Shown here one piece after another: positions 1-13,730 of a stretch of 64,000 nucleotides of DNA. The notes beneath the pieces were generated by a model. That model searched no databases and was not told the origin of the DNA. It was given only the letters and a program-made list of their open reading frames with translations. Position numbers and translations under genes: made by a program. The stretch covers positions 282,224,001 to 282,288,000 of the forward strand of contig OZ024742.1 of assembly GCA_964016885.1 (NCBI GenBank), in the 5' to 3' direction. The stretch's first letter is position 1; each line of letters begins with the position of its first letter. This DNA is from Eledone cirrhosa. Taxonomy: Eukaryota.

Positions 1-14
1 GCACACACACACAG

Positions 15-62
<48 letters not shown>

Positions 63-609
63 TTATATATTGAGATATATATATATGCATATATATACAT
101 ATATACATATATATACATATATATACATATGCATATATATTATATATATATACACCGACACGGACATACATATATATACTATACATATATACATACATAT
201 GTACATATATATATACATAAGTAAATATTTACAACTAAGCAAATGTAAATTCAGTTAAAGGTAACCATATATGTGCGTACGCACACACCCTCTACAGTAA
301 TGAATATAAACTCACACACACATACATATATCTGTATATATATACACACACACACAAACACACACACACATATATATATATATACATATATGTGTGTGTG
401 TGTGTGTGTGTGTATTTAACCTGTTACTTTTTCATTGTCTTGGTATTGTTTGTTAGGTTTTGCCTACCTTTTCAACTTTTCAAGCTATTTAAACGTATGT
501 TGTTACTCTTAGGACCTACCCTTATTGAGTGCTTTGCTAACTCATTCCTATTGTAGGTCGACTTTGCTTGCCCACAGCCAAAGCTTCGATTTTACTAAGC
601 TTCCACGTG

Positions 610-669
<60 letters not shown>

Positions 670-735
670 AATATATATGTTCATATTATCTTTATGTATA
701 TATACCCAAGATGCACACACACAAAACACATACAT

Positions 736-769
<34 letters not shown>

Positions 770-1186
770 TGTATGTGTTTGTCTGTTTGACTGTGTGTCT
801 GTTTATGTATTAAGTGTATATACATATTTACTGAATCTCATTTGCCCCTGCTATCTAAACCATAGAAAATATTTACATAAATTTAAATTGTATTTTAATC
901 CTATAATACTACTACACGCCAAAAGTAGATGATAACGCTTGTGCCGCAATACCCAGAAAAACACACATACTCACCCCATCCCTCCACACACATAGTTGGA
1001 GACATATACCGTGGCACAAATATATATACGTACCTAAATCATATATAATTAAATGTAATACAATACATATATATTTTATTTTATGATTGCATGTGTGTAA
1101 GTGTATGCGTTCGTGAGTGCGTATATATATATGTTAGTATATATACGTATATTATACATACATAACTATATATATATATCATAATA

Positions 1187-1371
1187 TAATTGTTTCTACT
1201 TTTGGCACAAGGCTAGCAATTACCCAGTGTATTACTGGTACTTTATTTTATCGACCCCGTAAGAATGAAAGGCAAAGTTAACCTTGGCGGGATTTGACCT
1301 CAGACCATAAAGGGACGTAACTATGCTCGAAAGCATGGCGTCCGACCCTCTACCGATACTGCCAATCCACC
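1187..1371 (-). mobile_element. tRNA-derived SINE, family A (MetaSINE-like central domain), full-length copy
   Basis: Reverse strand has an A-box-like TGGCAGTATCGG, a B-box-like GGTCAAATCC, the core GCCTTTCATTCTTACGGGGTCGATAAAATAAAGTACCAG and an AATTATT tail; more than 12 related copies in the window. Confidence 0.85.
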
Positions 1372-2328
1372 ATCATAATATAATAAAGAGGGGACTGCGG
1401 GCCTGCGCCCTGAATATATTTTTTTATCCCGTTTCTAAAGTAAGTTGGATTACTTTGAATATAGAATGAATGAATATTACATAATCTATGTACTAACTTT
1501 TGTAAAAACTTGATTAAATATAAAAAAATGTATTGCTTATTTCAAGATTCACTTCTTTTAAAATGTTAAAATGTTAATACTTTCAGTTATGATATAATGG
1601 ACTCTGTATTATGTATTTCATGTATATTATGTATTTCATGTTTATGTAGTTGCATCGTTATATAACGTTTATATTTCCGGCGCCAATTTTCTGCTTTGTC
1701 GTTTTCATAATATTTTGCCGTAATGCAGTTTATATATAATATCGTCTATTTTTTAATGTATCATGAATTATTTTATTGATTACAGAAGAGAGTGTGTATG
1801 TTCTCAATTACGATTTTATTTGACGTATCATATCTACATGCATATATATTTGTGTATAATATCAATACGTACATGCTAGCAGAAAAACCACCTGAAGGGT
1901 GGTTTTTCTGCTAGTATGTATAATATAAACACATTATCATAAGTATATATCTATAAAAATGTCTCAGCAAAGTAAAAGGAATATGGATCCATATATCCCC
2001 GGCTGGTCCATTACTGAGACAATGAGAAAGATTTTTTACGTGGGAACGGAGAAGACTATACCTCAAAGCGCACACAATACGTTATTTGTAAACAAGGTCA
2101 TTTGGTATGCACGTGGTTTATGGTAAATTGCATACCAAAAGGTCCCTGACTAAATTTAGTTTATGGGAGCATAGACTGATCAGACATGTGCAGCTGCACC
2201 TGTCATTCATAGTGGTTCTACCGAGAATATATTGTACATATAATTCTACATCACTTCATCGGCGGAAAAATCCTTCCCAACACCACCACAAGGTTCTCAT
2301 AGTTCCTGTCAACAACTAGTACTGGAAA

Positions 2329-2387
<59 letters not shown>

Positions 2388-2421
2388 AAGAAATTAAAAG
2401 ATGGTTAAAAAGGTTCCATAT

Positions 2422-2490
2422 ATTTTATTAGGCGCATTTCAAAAACAAATATCATCCTGGGACGATAGTTGCGTTCTCATCAGATAAAAT
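2422..2490 (-). ncRNA. Minimal type I hammerhead ribozyme, family H1
   Basis: Minus strand reads attttat-CTGATGA-(stem II region)-GAAA-tgcgcc-TA-ataaaat; the ~160-bp cassette lies between two (TA)n tracts; homologous to 17866-17935. Confidence 0.7.
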
Positions 2491-2542
2491 AAGGTAACAT
2501 GATATGATGCTTAAAAAACACTTATGAACAAGGAAGTGTCCA

Positions 2543-2589
<47 letters not shown>

Positions 2590-2879
2590 TAGTTAATATG
2601 AAGCATTGAGAGATATGTAGTAGAAGACCGATAATTTGCAAAAGAGTAATGAGGCCATTTTCATCAGCCGAATAATAGGTCAGAAATGCACGAAGCAGAA
2701 TGGTTACTGAAGCGAACATTGAATTGAAATTTAGCGCCAAGATAAGATGGTATCTCAGCCATACTGTTAAAAACATGCCAAAGCAACCTCGCCAAACTAT
2801 TAAATATTCTATTCCAAAAATCGTTAGAAACCATTATATTCCTTGAACAACTGAAAAAAGCAATAGTAACACAAAGGAT

Positions 2880-4420
2880 ATAGCAGAGCTGGACCTAAAC
2901 ATTACATATCTGTTTCTCTCACATCTCAGACACCTGAAATTGTAGAACATATTGTCCAAAAAAGAATAATTGCCTACCTTGAAGAAGACAGTCTCTTAGA
3001 TGATACCCAGCATGGTGTTCGGAGAGGACGAGGTTGCCTAACACAACTGTTACAATACTATAACACTATCTTCAATAATTTCCCGAGTGGAATGGACACT
3101 GACTGCGTATATCTTGATTTTACCAACCCGCTTGACAAGAGTGATCATAGAACCATCTGTCATAGTTTAAATGATCTTGCTATCACAGGAAAGCTCGGAG
3201 AATGAGTCTCTGGCTCCCTACAGCTAGAAATAATTCTGTTGCTGCCACATCATCTCTAATAAGTGGTATACCTCAAAGTATGGTTCTACAACCATTATTA
3301 TTTATCGGTGGTTTGGCAGTATCGGTAGATGGTCGGACAACATGCCTTGCAGCACAGAGTTACGCCCTTTTCTGATCTGAGTTCAAATCCTGCCGGGGTT
3401 AACTTTGCCTTTCATCCTTACGGGGTCGATAAAATAAAGTACCAGTAATGCACTGGGATAATTGCTGGCCTTGTGCCAAAAGTAGAAACAATTATTATTT
3501 ATCATCATACTATCAATTATAAGCTCATAGGTACACTCGGCAACCTAACGAGTTACACCGATCTCACAAAAATATCGATGGCTATCCAATCTTTAAAAGT
3601 TGCCGTCACACTGCGAAATGAGCTAAACCTCATTTATCGATGGACAGAGGAAAATAATATGAAATTGAGTGCATCAAATTTTAAGTTTTTTTTTTTTTAT
3701 TGCGGACGGGAATACACAATACACAATTTGACACTAGATAACGTAACGATTCAGAGTGGTAATGACATACGGGACATAGGAATGATCTTTTCAAATGAAT
3801 ATGTTTCATCAGATGGAGCACCATAGTATGGATCCTACGAACTTTTATAACAAGAGAACAAGTAGTTATATTGACTATGGAGAACCTTAATTATCAGTAG
3901 ATTAGAATACTGTTCATGGCTTTGGTCTCCAATCACACACAATCTCATACAAGAAATTGCAGGGTTACAGGGAACGTTCACTAGTAACATAACTTCGGCC
4001 AAAGAACCTCCGAAATCTTAACTTCTTTACTCTCCTGAAGATTGAAGAGACATATACACTGTTACATAAGTATGAAAGATTCTGGAGGGTCATGTTCCAA
4101 AATTCGGCGTTAAAAGCAATTTTAATCCATGAAATGGTAGATATGGACAGCTTCCAAATTTTCCACCTTCATCATAGTGAGCAAAACCACTCTAATATAT
4201 TAATCCCTTATCTAGAGGTCCTCAACTGTTCAACTACCTAAAGAAATAAGAAATATAAAAGGGATCACCATTGAAATATTCAAAGAAAGAGCATTGGATG
4301 AGCTTCTAACCACGATACAGAACCAGACATCTATTCAAGAATAATCTAAAGGAAGATCAGCTGCTAAAAACTCAATTATAGACAAACATCCGGCCATAAA
4401 ACTAAGACAAAACTGAAAGA
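2880..4420 (+). pseudogene. Degenerate CR1-clade LINE ORF2 (reverse transcriptase) fragment
   Basis: Translates to SLTSQTPEIVEHIV..QHGVRRGRGCLTQLL..DCVYLDF..SGIPQSMVLTPLLF..SYTDLTKI, matching CR1-type RT motifs, with stops and frameshifts; interrupted by a SINE. Confidence 0.8.
3307..3498 (+). mobile_element. SINE family A inserted in the CR1 RT fragment
   Basis: Full head-core-tail structure; flanked by near-duplicated attatta(t)tttatc. Confidence 0.85.
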
Positions 4421-4690
4421 AAATAGATTTATTGTTCCAGAATGAAAGAATGTGTTTGTGTGTGTATTCATTTCATTTATTGATTTATTGATAATTTATC
4501 TGAGTGTCCCGAATCTTCCATATCGAATTTTTCGGTTATTTGGTTGATTGTAGACATATTCTACGTGTGACGGTATTTTAACGATAGTTATAGCTCTGAT
4601 TTATTTGAATTATAGAGCCCTCTGCCGCTCATCTCGAATTTTGTTTATCGTGAACTCGTGCGCCGATTTTTCGATACTCGATTATTCTAC

Positions 4691-4769
<79 letters not shown>

Positions 4770-4827
4770 ACCATGTCTGCGTCTATGGACATACAGACAC
4801 AGTTATGGATGTATGTTTAAGAAGTTT

Positions 4828-4897
<70 letters not shown>

Positions 4898-5830
4898 TCT
4901 CTCTCTCTCATAGTATCCTGTCTTTAGACCTTGGCATCTCTTACACCTGCACAATACCATTTTCCCTACTGCCATTTTGTGCTTAGTCTATAGGTTGAAC
5001 ATAGTAGAATCTGAACTCAGAACGCCAACAGCCGGAACAGATTTCAGAAATCAACTCGTCAGGATCTTTTACAATTCCACACAGCTGAGCCATCGAAAAT
5101 CTGGAAGGCAAAGTTGAGCTCGGCTTTATTTGAACTTAGAGCGCAGAGTATCAAAAATACACTGCGCTAGCCACTCTGCTCATTCACTGTCATGTGGCTT
5201 AAATAGGAGGTAGAGACATAGAGACTCGTTAGGCTGTATGTATTATTGCTGACTATACATAAACAACCATTGGATTTTATCTGTAGTCATCATATATAAT
5301 AGATACATATTATATGAAAACAAACATAAAATGTTAATCTATCTACCAACAAAACTTGAATTACGTTATTTTATAAAAGTTAAACAAAGGATGATACTCA
5401 CAGGTGAACATATAGAAAGTATAAAAAGAAACTATGCTATGTATAGAGACAGCGACAATGACGACGAACGATGAACAACAACAGCAATAGCATAAGTCAG
5501 TCGCATTACAACTTTACGTCTTTTAATATCAACAGACGACATAGACAGACATATACAAAGACAGGCACAGGAAATATTAACACAAAGGAAAAATAGATAA
5601 CTACGGACTAAACGATATTAAGAAATCACTCAAACAGACTGCATACTGGGAACTAACCTAATTAACGGTATTATATAGAAGCAAACCACAATCGATTCAT
5701 GGATATCACATGGCTACTGATACTGAAAAAATATATTAAAAAAAAGAAAAAGAATTCCCACCAACAGACGATATCATTCAATACTATATACGCATGTATA
5801 TAAATATATATATATATATGTGTGTGTGTT

Positions 5831-5916
<86 letters not shown>

Positions 5917-6075
5917 TCTGTGTGTGTGTGTACACACACATATATATATATAGATAGATAGATAGTTAAATAGATAGATGAGAAACTAAGAAAGAAAGAA
6001 AGAAGGAAAGAAAGAAAGGAAATCATAAGCTATATGACGAATATTTTCCATTAAAATGTGATTTCTGAATGGATA

Positions 6076-6675
6076 ACACATATACACCCACACACATACA
6101 CACTCCGATACACACATACACGCTACTATACACACATACACGCTTCTATACACACATACACACTCCTATACACACATACACGCCCCGATACACATATACA
6201 CCCTCCTATACACACATACACCCTCCTATACACACATACACGCTCCTATACACACATACACCCTCCTATACACACATACACACTCTTATACACACATACA
6301 CCCTCCTATACACACATACACACTCTTATACACACATACACACTCCTATACACACATACACCCTCCTATACACACATACACGCTCCTATACACACATACA
6401 CCCTCCTATACACACATACACCCTCCTATACACACATACACGCTCTTATACACAGATACAACCTCCTATACACACATACACACTCCTATACACACATACA
6501 CCCTCCTATACACACATACACACTCCTATACACACATACACACTCCTATACACACATACACACTCCTATACACACATACACCCTCCTATACACACATACA
6601 CACTCCTATACACACATACACCCTCCTATACACACATACACACTCCTATACACACATACACACTCCTATACACAC
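6076..6675. repeat. 20-bp minisatellite (CACACATACAC[A/C/G]CTC[C/T]TATA), about 30 units
   Basis: Period 20 is directly visible as column-aligned units. Confidence 0.95.
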
Positions 6676-6884
6676 ATCATCATCATTTTTATTATCAACG
6701 TCTCATGCAAACGAGAGAAAGAAATCAATCAAAAGTGCCACACATACATACACAGGCACACACATGTACACACATAGAACCACTGAAACTCATTTACACA
6801 CATATACACTGACAGACACATTGGCACAAAGCAAGATATATGCAAGTATATATATATGTATATATATATGTGTATATATATATG

Positions 6885-7057
<173 letters not shown>

Positions 7058-7065
7058 ATGTATAT

Positions 7066-7112
<47 letters not shown>

Positions 7113-7625
7113 TAGAAAATCAAAGAGACATATATGAAAATCTACACACAGAGATGCATAGAAAGACACAAGGAGATATATATTTACACATACACACAAA
7201 CACACACACAACCACACACACGCACACACACACACACACAAACGCACACAAAAACACACACACTTAGATATATATATATAGACATAGACAAACAGAGGTA
7301 TGGTAAGCAGATGATAAGAAAACAAGAATCAATACCAAAAAATGATGATGGCACACCACACACACAAGGAGGGAGAAAGAAAGAGTAATAGAAAGGGGAA
7401 AGTGAGGGGGGGGCAGATAAGAGGTAAAGATAGAGGGGGAAGGGTTGAGAGAAAAAGTAAGAGGTGAAGAAGAGAGAGAGCGAGAGAGAGTCAAAGAGAC
7501 AGAGACAGTCAGAGAAATGGAGGGATATGATACCAATCAAACGTCAACTGATAAATTACCCAATAGACGATGCGACCATATATATATGTGTATTAATATG
7601 GCTGTGTATATATATGTATATATAT

Positions 7626-7695
<70 letters not shown>

Positions 7696-7698
<3 letters not shown>

Positions 7699-8052
7699 TT
7701 ACATGAAACAAAGTTCTGTTTAAATCATTTATTTGCTTACAATTGTTTCTTCCAAACCGAGGTTTGGTGTCTTCGGAGCAATTATTCAGTGATTTTTAAC
7801 ATACTTGACCTCCTTTGCAACACAAGAGACATATAGAAACATATGTAAATTACCATGCTATATTATTAAAATGGATGTCAACCCACTGTGGGTCAATATA
7901 TACATATGTTTCTATATGTCTCTTGTGTTGAAAAGGAGGTCAAGTATGTTAAAAATCACTGAATAATTGCTCCGAAGACTCCAAACCTCGGTTTGGAAGA
8001 AACAATTGTAAGCAAATAAATGATTTAAACAGAACTTTGTTTCATGTAATCT
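7696..8052. mobile_element. PLE-like fold-back cassette: ~150-bp inverted arms, each with a hammerhead fold (family H2)
   Basis: 7696-7847 is the reverse complement of 7901-8052; HHR on + at 7967-8015 reads ttgct-CCGAAGA-c-tccaaacc-tc-ggtttgga-a-GAAA-caattg-TA-agcaa, with a mirror copy at 7733-7781. Confidence 0.75.
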
Positions 8053-8214
8053 CTATATAACTGCTCTGTAAAACAACTGATGTTGTTACATTGAACTATT
8101 TATCTTACTGGTAATAAGATGGTAATAAATTACTGTCTTTCACTATTTAGGGTCTAATATATATATAACTATAAAAGGTTTTACTATATACATAACCATA
8201 AATAGTATCCTTAA

Positions 8215-8259
<45 letters not shown>

Positions 8260-8421
8260 TTTCTGATCTAATGATCTAAATAGTCCATATGTATGTATGT
8301 ATGTGTATGTGTATATGTGTGTGTATTAATATATGCAGATAGATAGATATTTGGATGGATGGAGGAATAGATCAATATAAACATAAATATATGGTAAATA
8401 CATCAGTAATATGCAAGTATG

Positions 8422-8471
<50 letters not shown>

Positions 8472-8485
8472 CGTATATATACACT

Positions 8486-8522
<37 letters not shown>

Positions 8523-8805
8523 GTGTATATATATATATATATATATACACTCACACGCACACACACATATACAAAATATATATGTATCCCGTTAAGGGTG
8601 AAAGCAGCGATTCTTTGCTTAAACTTTAATATGTTATTTTAATAAATATTTGCTCTAAGGTTCTTATATATTTGATATATATTTATCCATATCGAGCCCT
8701 CTTTGGATTTTAGTCTTCACATTTATTATTATTACTATATATATATATATATACATATATTAACAATTATACGTATACAATATATAATATATTAACAATA
8801 TATAC

Positions 8806-8949
8806 AATTAAAGAAATTATTTAGCCTGATAGTGGGGTTAAGAACCCTCGGAGAAATGGAAAAAGATGAGTATTGACGTCAATACTCATCTTTTTCCATT
8901 TCTCCGAGGGTTCTTAACCCTACTATCAGGCTAAATAATTTCTTTAATT
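8806..8949. repeat. 144-bp near-perfect palindrome with no spacer
   Basis: 72-bp arms centred on GAC|GTC (8877/8878), one mismatch. Confidence 0.9.
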
Positions 8950-9974
8950 TCTTTAGTCAAAATACGGCGATAGCTTACATTTCTAATAATTTCAAACCCA
9001 CTCACTGTTTCGAAAATATTCTTAAATATATACAATATATTAACAAATGGAAACTATATTTATAAAACCATATTTAAATTACTATACATATTTAAAGGGC
9101 CACCAAGGCAAATTATGGTGCGCTTTCATCAGATAAAATACAATACAGATTAGTTTTATAAATAAATATTGACATACCCTGAAAAAAGACAACCTTAACG
9201 GTTGGAGCTTCCTGGATAGTGCTTTATATCAGTTATAAAAATGTTTAAGCTTGTTGAATCCCAACAAATTAAATATAACCTCTTCATATATAGATATATA
9301 TATATATAAATGAAGTATTTCCGAGGAAAGGTAAAGGAAAAGAGAGTGCTCTATGTAGGCTACAGAGCTTTTCAGTTCTGTAATAAACAACATAAGATGA
9401 TTGATTCATTTACCAGTGGTTTCATATATATATATATATATATATACTTATACAGTTGTTAAGAACTATACCTTGTCACTTTCCCCTGCCCATTTACTTA
9501 TCAAGCAAAATACTTCTATTACAATTGATAACCGAGAGCCGATGGCATTAGTATTAAAATTAAGTCCAATTAAATTCTCTTTAATATGTAGTTCTACACA
9601 GGTTTTTTTCGTTACACTTAAATTCATAGATAAGCTTTAGTAACCCTTATATTGCCCTGCATACACTTCTTTTGAATGTCACCATCTATCTTATAATGTC
9701 TAAACATAGTTTAACCCACCTTGTAATTGAATACCGAATATTGAAGATTCGGACGTCTCTTCGTATAGCACCTTTATTAACGTTACACCCCCATAAACGG
9801 TGTTTTGTTTAAAACTGCAGTATTTGTGGAAAAAACATTATACTTTCAAATAAATGCGCTATGAGATGTTAACATTTTGTAAGTAAAACTATATGTGATT
9901 TCGTACACATAAACTAAATAACAGCATGAGGACTTATGTCTTATACATTAGACTTTTTTCGTACTTTAATCAAG

Positions 9975-12007
9975 TTGCATGATGCTTAACGCTGCATGAC
10001 ATGGATTCATCTTATAATGCTTAACGGTGCATGACGTGGATTCATCTTATAATGCTTAACGCTGCATGACCTATGGATCCATCTTATGATGTTTAACGTT
10101 GCATGACATGGATTCATCTTATAATGTTTAACGCTGCATGACCTATGGATCCATCTTATGATGTTTTGCGCTGCATGACCAATGGATCCATCTTATGATG
10201 CTTCACGCTGCATGACCTATGGATCCATCTTATGATGCTTTACGCTACATGACTTATGGATCCATCTTATGATGCTTCACGCTACATGACTTATGGATCC
10301 ATCATATGATGCTTTACGCTGCATGACCTATGGATCCATCTTATGATGCTGCACGCTGTATGACCTATGGATCCATCTTATGATGCTTTACGCTGCATGA
10401 CCTATGGATCCATCTTATGATGCTTTACGCTGTATGACCTATGGATCCATCTTATGATGCTTTACGCTGTATGACCTATGGATCCATCTTATGATGCTTT
10501 ACGCTGCATGACCTATGGATCCATCTTATGATGCTTTACGCTGCATGACCTATGGATCCATCTTATGATGCTTTACGCTGCATGACCAATGGATCCATCT
10601 TATGATGCTTTACGCTGTATGACCTATGGATCCATCTTATGATGCTTTACGCTGTATGACCTATGGATCCATCTTATGATGCTTTACGCTGCATGACCAA
10701 TGGATCCATCTTATGATGCTTTACGCTGTATGACCTATGGATCCATCTTATGATGCTTTACGCTGTATGACCTATGGATCCATCTTATGATGCTTTACGC
10801 TGCATGACCTATGGATCCATCTTATGATGCTTTACGCTGCATGACCAATGGATCCATCTTATGATGCTTTACGCTGCATGACCAATGGATCCATCTTATG
10901 ATGCTTTACGCTGTATGACCTATGGATCCATCTTATGATGCTTTACGCTGCATGACCAATGGATCCATCTTATGATGCTTTACGCTGTATGACCTATGGA
11001 TCCATCTTATGATGCTTTACGCTGTATGACCTATGGATCCATCTTATGATGCTTTACGCTGCATGACCTATGGATCCATCTTATGATGCTTTACGCTGCA
11101 TGACCAATGGATCCATCTTATGATGCTTTACGCTGCATGACCAATGGATCCATCTTATGATGCTTTACGCTGTATGACCTATGGATCCATCTTATGATGC
11201 TTTACGCTGCATGACCAATGGATCCATCTTATGATGCTTTACGCTGTATGACCTATGGATCCATCTTATGATGCTTTACGCTGTATGACCTATGGATCCA
11301 TCTTATGATGCTTTACGCTGCATGACCAATGGATCCATCTTATGATGCTTTACGCTGTATGACCTATGGATCCATCTTATGATGCTTTACGCTGCATGAC
11401 CAATGGATCCATCTTATGATGCTTTACGCTGTATGACCTATGGATCCATCTTATGATGCTTTACGCTGTATGACCTATGGATCCATCTTATGATGCTTTA
11501 CGCTGTATGACCTATGGATCCATCTTATGATGCTTTACGCTGTATGACCTATGGATCCATCTTATGATGCTTTACGCTGCATGACCAATGGATCCATCTT
11601 ATGATGCTTTACGCTGCATGACCTATGGATCCATCTTATGATGCTTTACGCTGTATGACCTATGGATCCATCTTATGATGCTTTACGCTGTATGACTTAT
11701 GGATCCATCTTATGATGCTTTACGCTGCATGACCAATGGATCCATCTTATGATGCTTTACGCTGTATGACCAATGGATCCATCTTATGATGCTTTACGCT
11801 GTATGACCAATGGATCCATCTTATGATGCTTTACGCTGTATGACCTATGGATCCATCTTATGATGCTTTACGCTGTATGACTTATGGATCCATCTTATGA
11901 TGCTTTACGCTGTATGACTTATGGATCCATCTTATGATGCTTTACGCTGCATGACCTATGGATCCATCTTATGATGCTTTACGCTGTATGACTTATGGAT
12001 CCATCTT
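9975..12007. repeat. 37-bp tandem satellite (GCTTTACGCTG[C/T]ATGAC[C/T][T/A]ATGGATCCATCTTATGAT), about 55 units
   Basis: Contiguous units with no spacers; each has the palindrome ATGGATCCAT; 35-bp diverged units at the left edge. Confidence 0.95.
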
Positions 12008-12545
12008 TCATATTTGGCTTTCTAAAAACGATTATTTTTCACTTCATATCTATTATTTGTTGATCATTGCCTGGGTCACCTGATAATTTAGGACAAGCAT
12101 TCGTCAAATTTAATATTTGTTTTCTGAAGATATTTTGTGATATGTGATTGCAATGTTTGTTGATTTGATTAATCAATCAATCAATCAATCAACCTGCCAA
12201 TGTTAGCTTTGCTGTCATCGATAAAATAAAGTACCAGTAACGCACTGGTGTCGATTTGATCAACTTTCCCCATCACCTCAAATTGTTGGCCTTGTTCCTT
12301 AATCAGAAACAATTATTTATAGTTGCGTTTGCATTTCGTTAAATTGAAACGAACGTAGAAATTAATAAAATGATTTGAAGTATTATCGGGTGGGGGGGGT
12401 GTACCTAAATTATATATATATATATGTGTGTGTATGTGTGTGTGTGTGTGATAAGTATTTCCGAAGAAAAAGCAAAGGAAAAAGAGTGTTCTATGTATAA
12501 AACAGAGGTATTTAATTAGAAAGTGAACAACACAATATATAACTA

Positions 12546-12614
12546 CTTCATTACCAAAGGTTCCGGGACCCTAGACAATACTAACATACGTCTAGGTCAC
12601 TCATCAGATAGAGG
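12546..12614 (-). ncRNA. Degenerate hammerhead fold, family H3
   Basis: Minus strand reads CTGATGA-g-tgacctagac..gtctagggtc-cc-GGAA-cctttgg-TA; the related cassette at 9310-9423 retains GAAA-ccactgg-TA. Confidence 0.5.
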
Positions 12615-12637
12615 GATTATATATATATATGTATATA

Positions 12638-12832
12638 TAGGAACGAGTAGGACCCCGACGGCTGAGCTCAAGCCGTTTCGACGGCTAATTCTGGATCCAG
12701 AATTAGCCGTCGAAACGGCTTGAGCTCAGCCGTCGGGGTCTTACTCGTTCCTATTACCCACTCTACTACCCTAAGTATTGAGTACTTTGGTGCGTTATGG
12801 TCCACCTGGTTCCTTACCACATTTCCTTCGTT
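12638..12832 (+). mobile_element. Family X PLE-like fragment with a 116-bp palindrome
   Basis: Palindrome at 12638-12753 centred on GGA|TCC contains the 3' half of the family X HHR (GAAA-cggct..agccg-TC-ggggt); flanked by (TA)n. Confidence 0.75.
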
Positions 12833-13133
12833 ATATATATATATATATGCGTGTGTGTGTGTGTGTAATTAGGAAAATTAACAAAGGAAGACAACAAAAG
12901 AAAAGAAAACAAAACGAAAATAATTTTTTGAAGGGGAAGCCTTAAAAAATTCTTTTGGAAGTAAAAAGACAAACGAAAGATACAGAACTCCAAGGCCTTC
13001 AGCCGTCGGGATGGACTTTCGCAGTTTCGGCCCCCTACCGACATTACTGATGATCCACGCGAGTTCACAGTTTCAGATACAATCCAAAGCGCTTCCGTAG
13101 AGTAAAAGACAAGACAACAATAACGAGATGACA

Positions 13134-13180
<47 letters not shown>

Positions 13181-13337
13181 AAGGTTGGTGGTAGGAATTA
13201 GGAAGGGGGAAGTTTCAGGTGATGATGATGATGATGATGAATAGAGTAAATGAGATGAATAGAAAATAACTTGCGTGGATAGATGGATATATATATATAT
13301 ATATCAATTTTGGGGGTGGGGGAGAAGAAACAATGAA

Positions 13338-13730
13338 GGCGGTGGATTGGCAGAATCGGTAGAGCGTCGGACACCCTGCTGCACGGCAGAGAGTTACGGC
13401 CCTTTATATTCTGAGTTCGAATCCCGCCGAGGTTGACTTTGCCTTTCATCCTTACGGGGTCGATAAAATAAAGTACCAGTAATGCACTGGTTAATTGCAG
13501 GCCATGTGCCTAAAGTAGAAGCAATTATTTGAGAAAACAAAGGACGGTGGATTGGTAGTATCGGTAGAAGGTTGGAGGCCATGCTTTGCAGCATATAGTT
13601 ACGCCCCTTTATAGTCAAATCCAGCCGAGATTCACTTTGCCTTTCATCCTTACGGTGTCGATAAAATAAAAGTACCTGTAATGTACTGGGATAATTGCTG
13701 TCCTTGTGCCAAAAGTAGAAACAATTATTT
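13338..13730 (+). mobile_element. Two tandem SINE family A copies (13338-13530 and 13542-13730)
   Basis: Each copy has head, core and tail; each is followed by gagaaaaca. Confidence 0.85.

Noticed and set aside
70-932. YI/HT/CV-repeat ORFs here and throughout the window
   Set aside because: Dinucleotide microsatellite artefacts
6058-6812. His/Thr/Tyr-rich repeat protein
   Set aside because: Stop-free reading of a 20-bp minisatellite; open in several frames
9975-12007. CRISPR-like array (37-bp repeat with an internal palindrome)
   Set aside because: Units are contiguous with no unique spacers, there are no cas genes, and the context is eukaryotic; it also lacks the GAAA needed for a tandem hammerhead
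13040-13080. CTGATGA hammerhead core
   Set aside because: No matching GAAA/UH/stem I arrangement on the same strand
13338-13430. tRNA gene
   Set aside because: A/B-box head continues into the SINE core and tail; no complete cloverleaf
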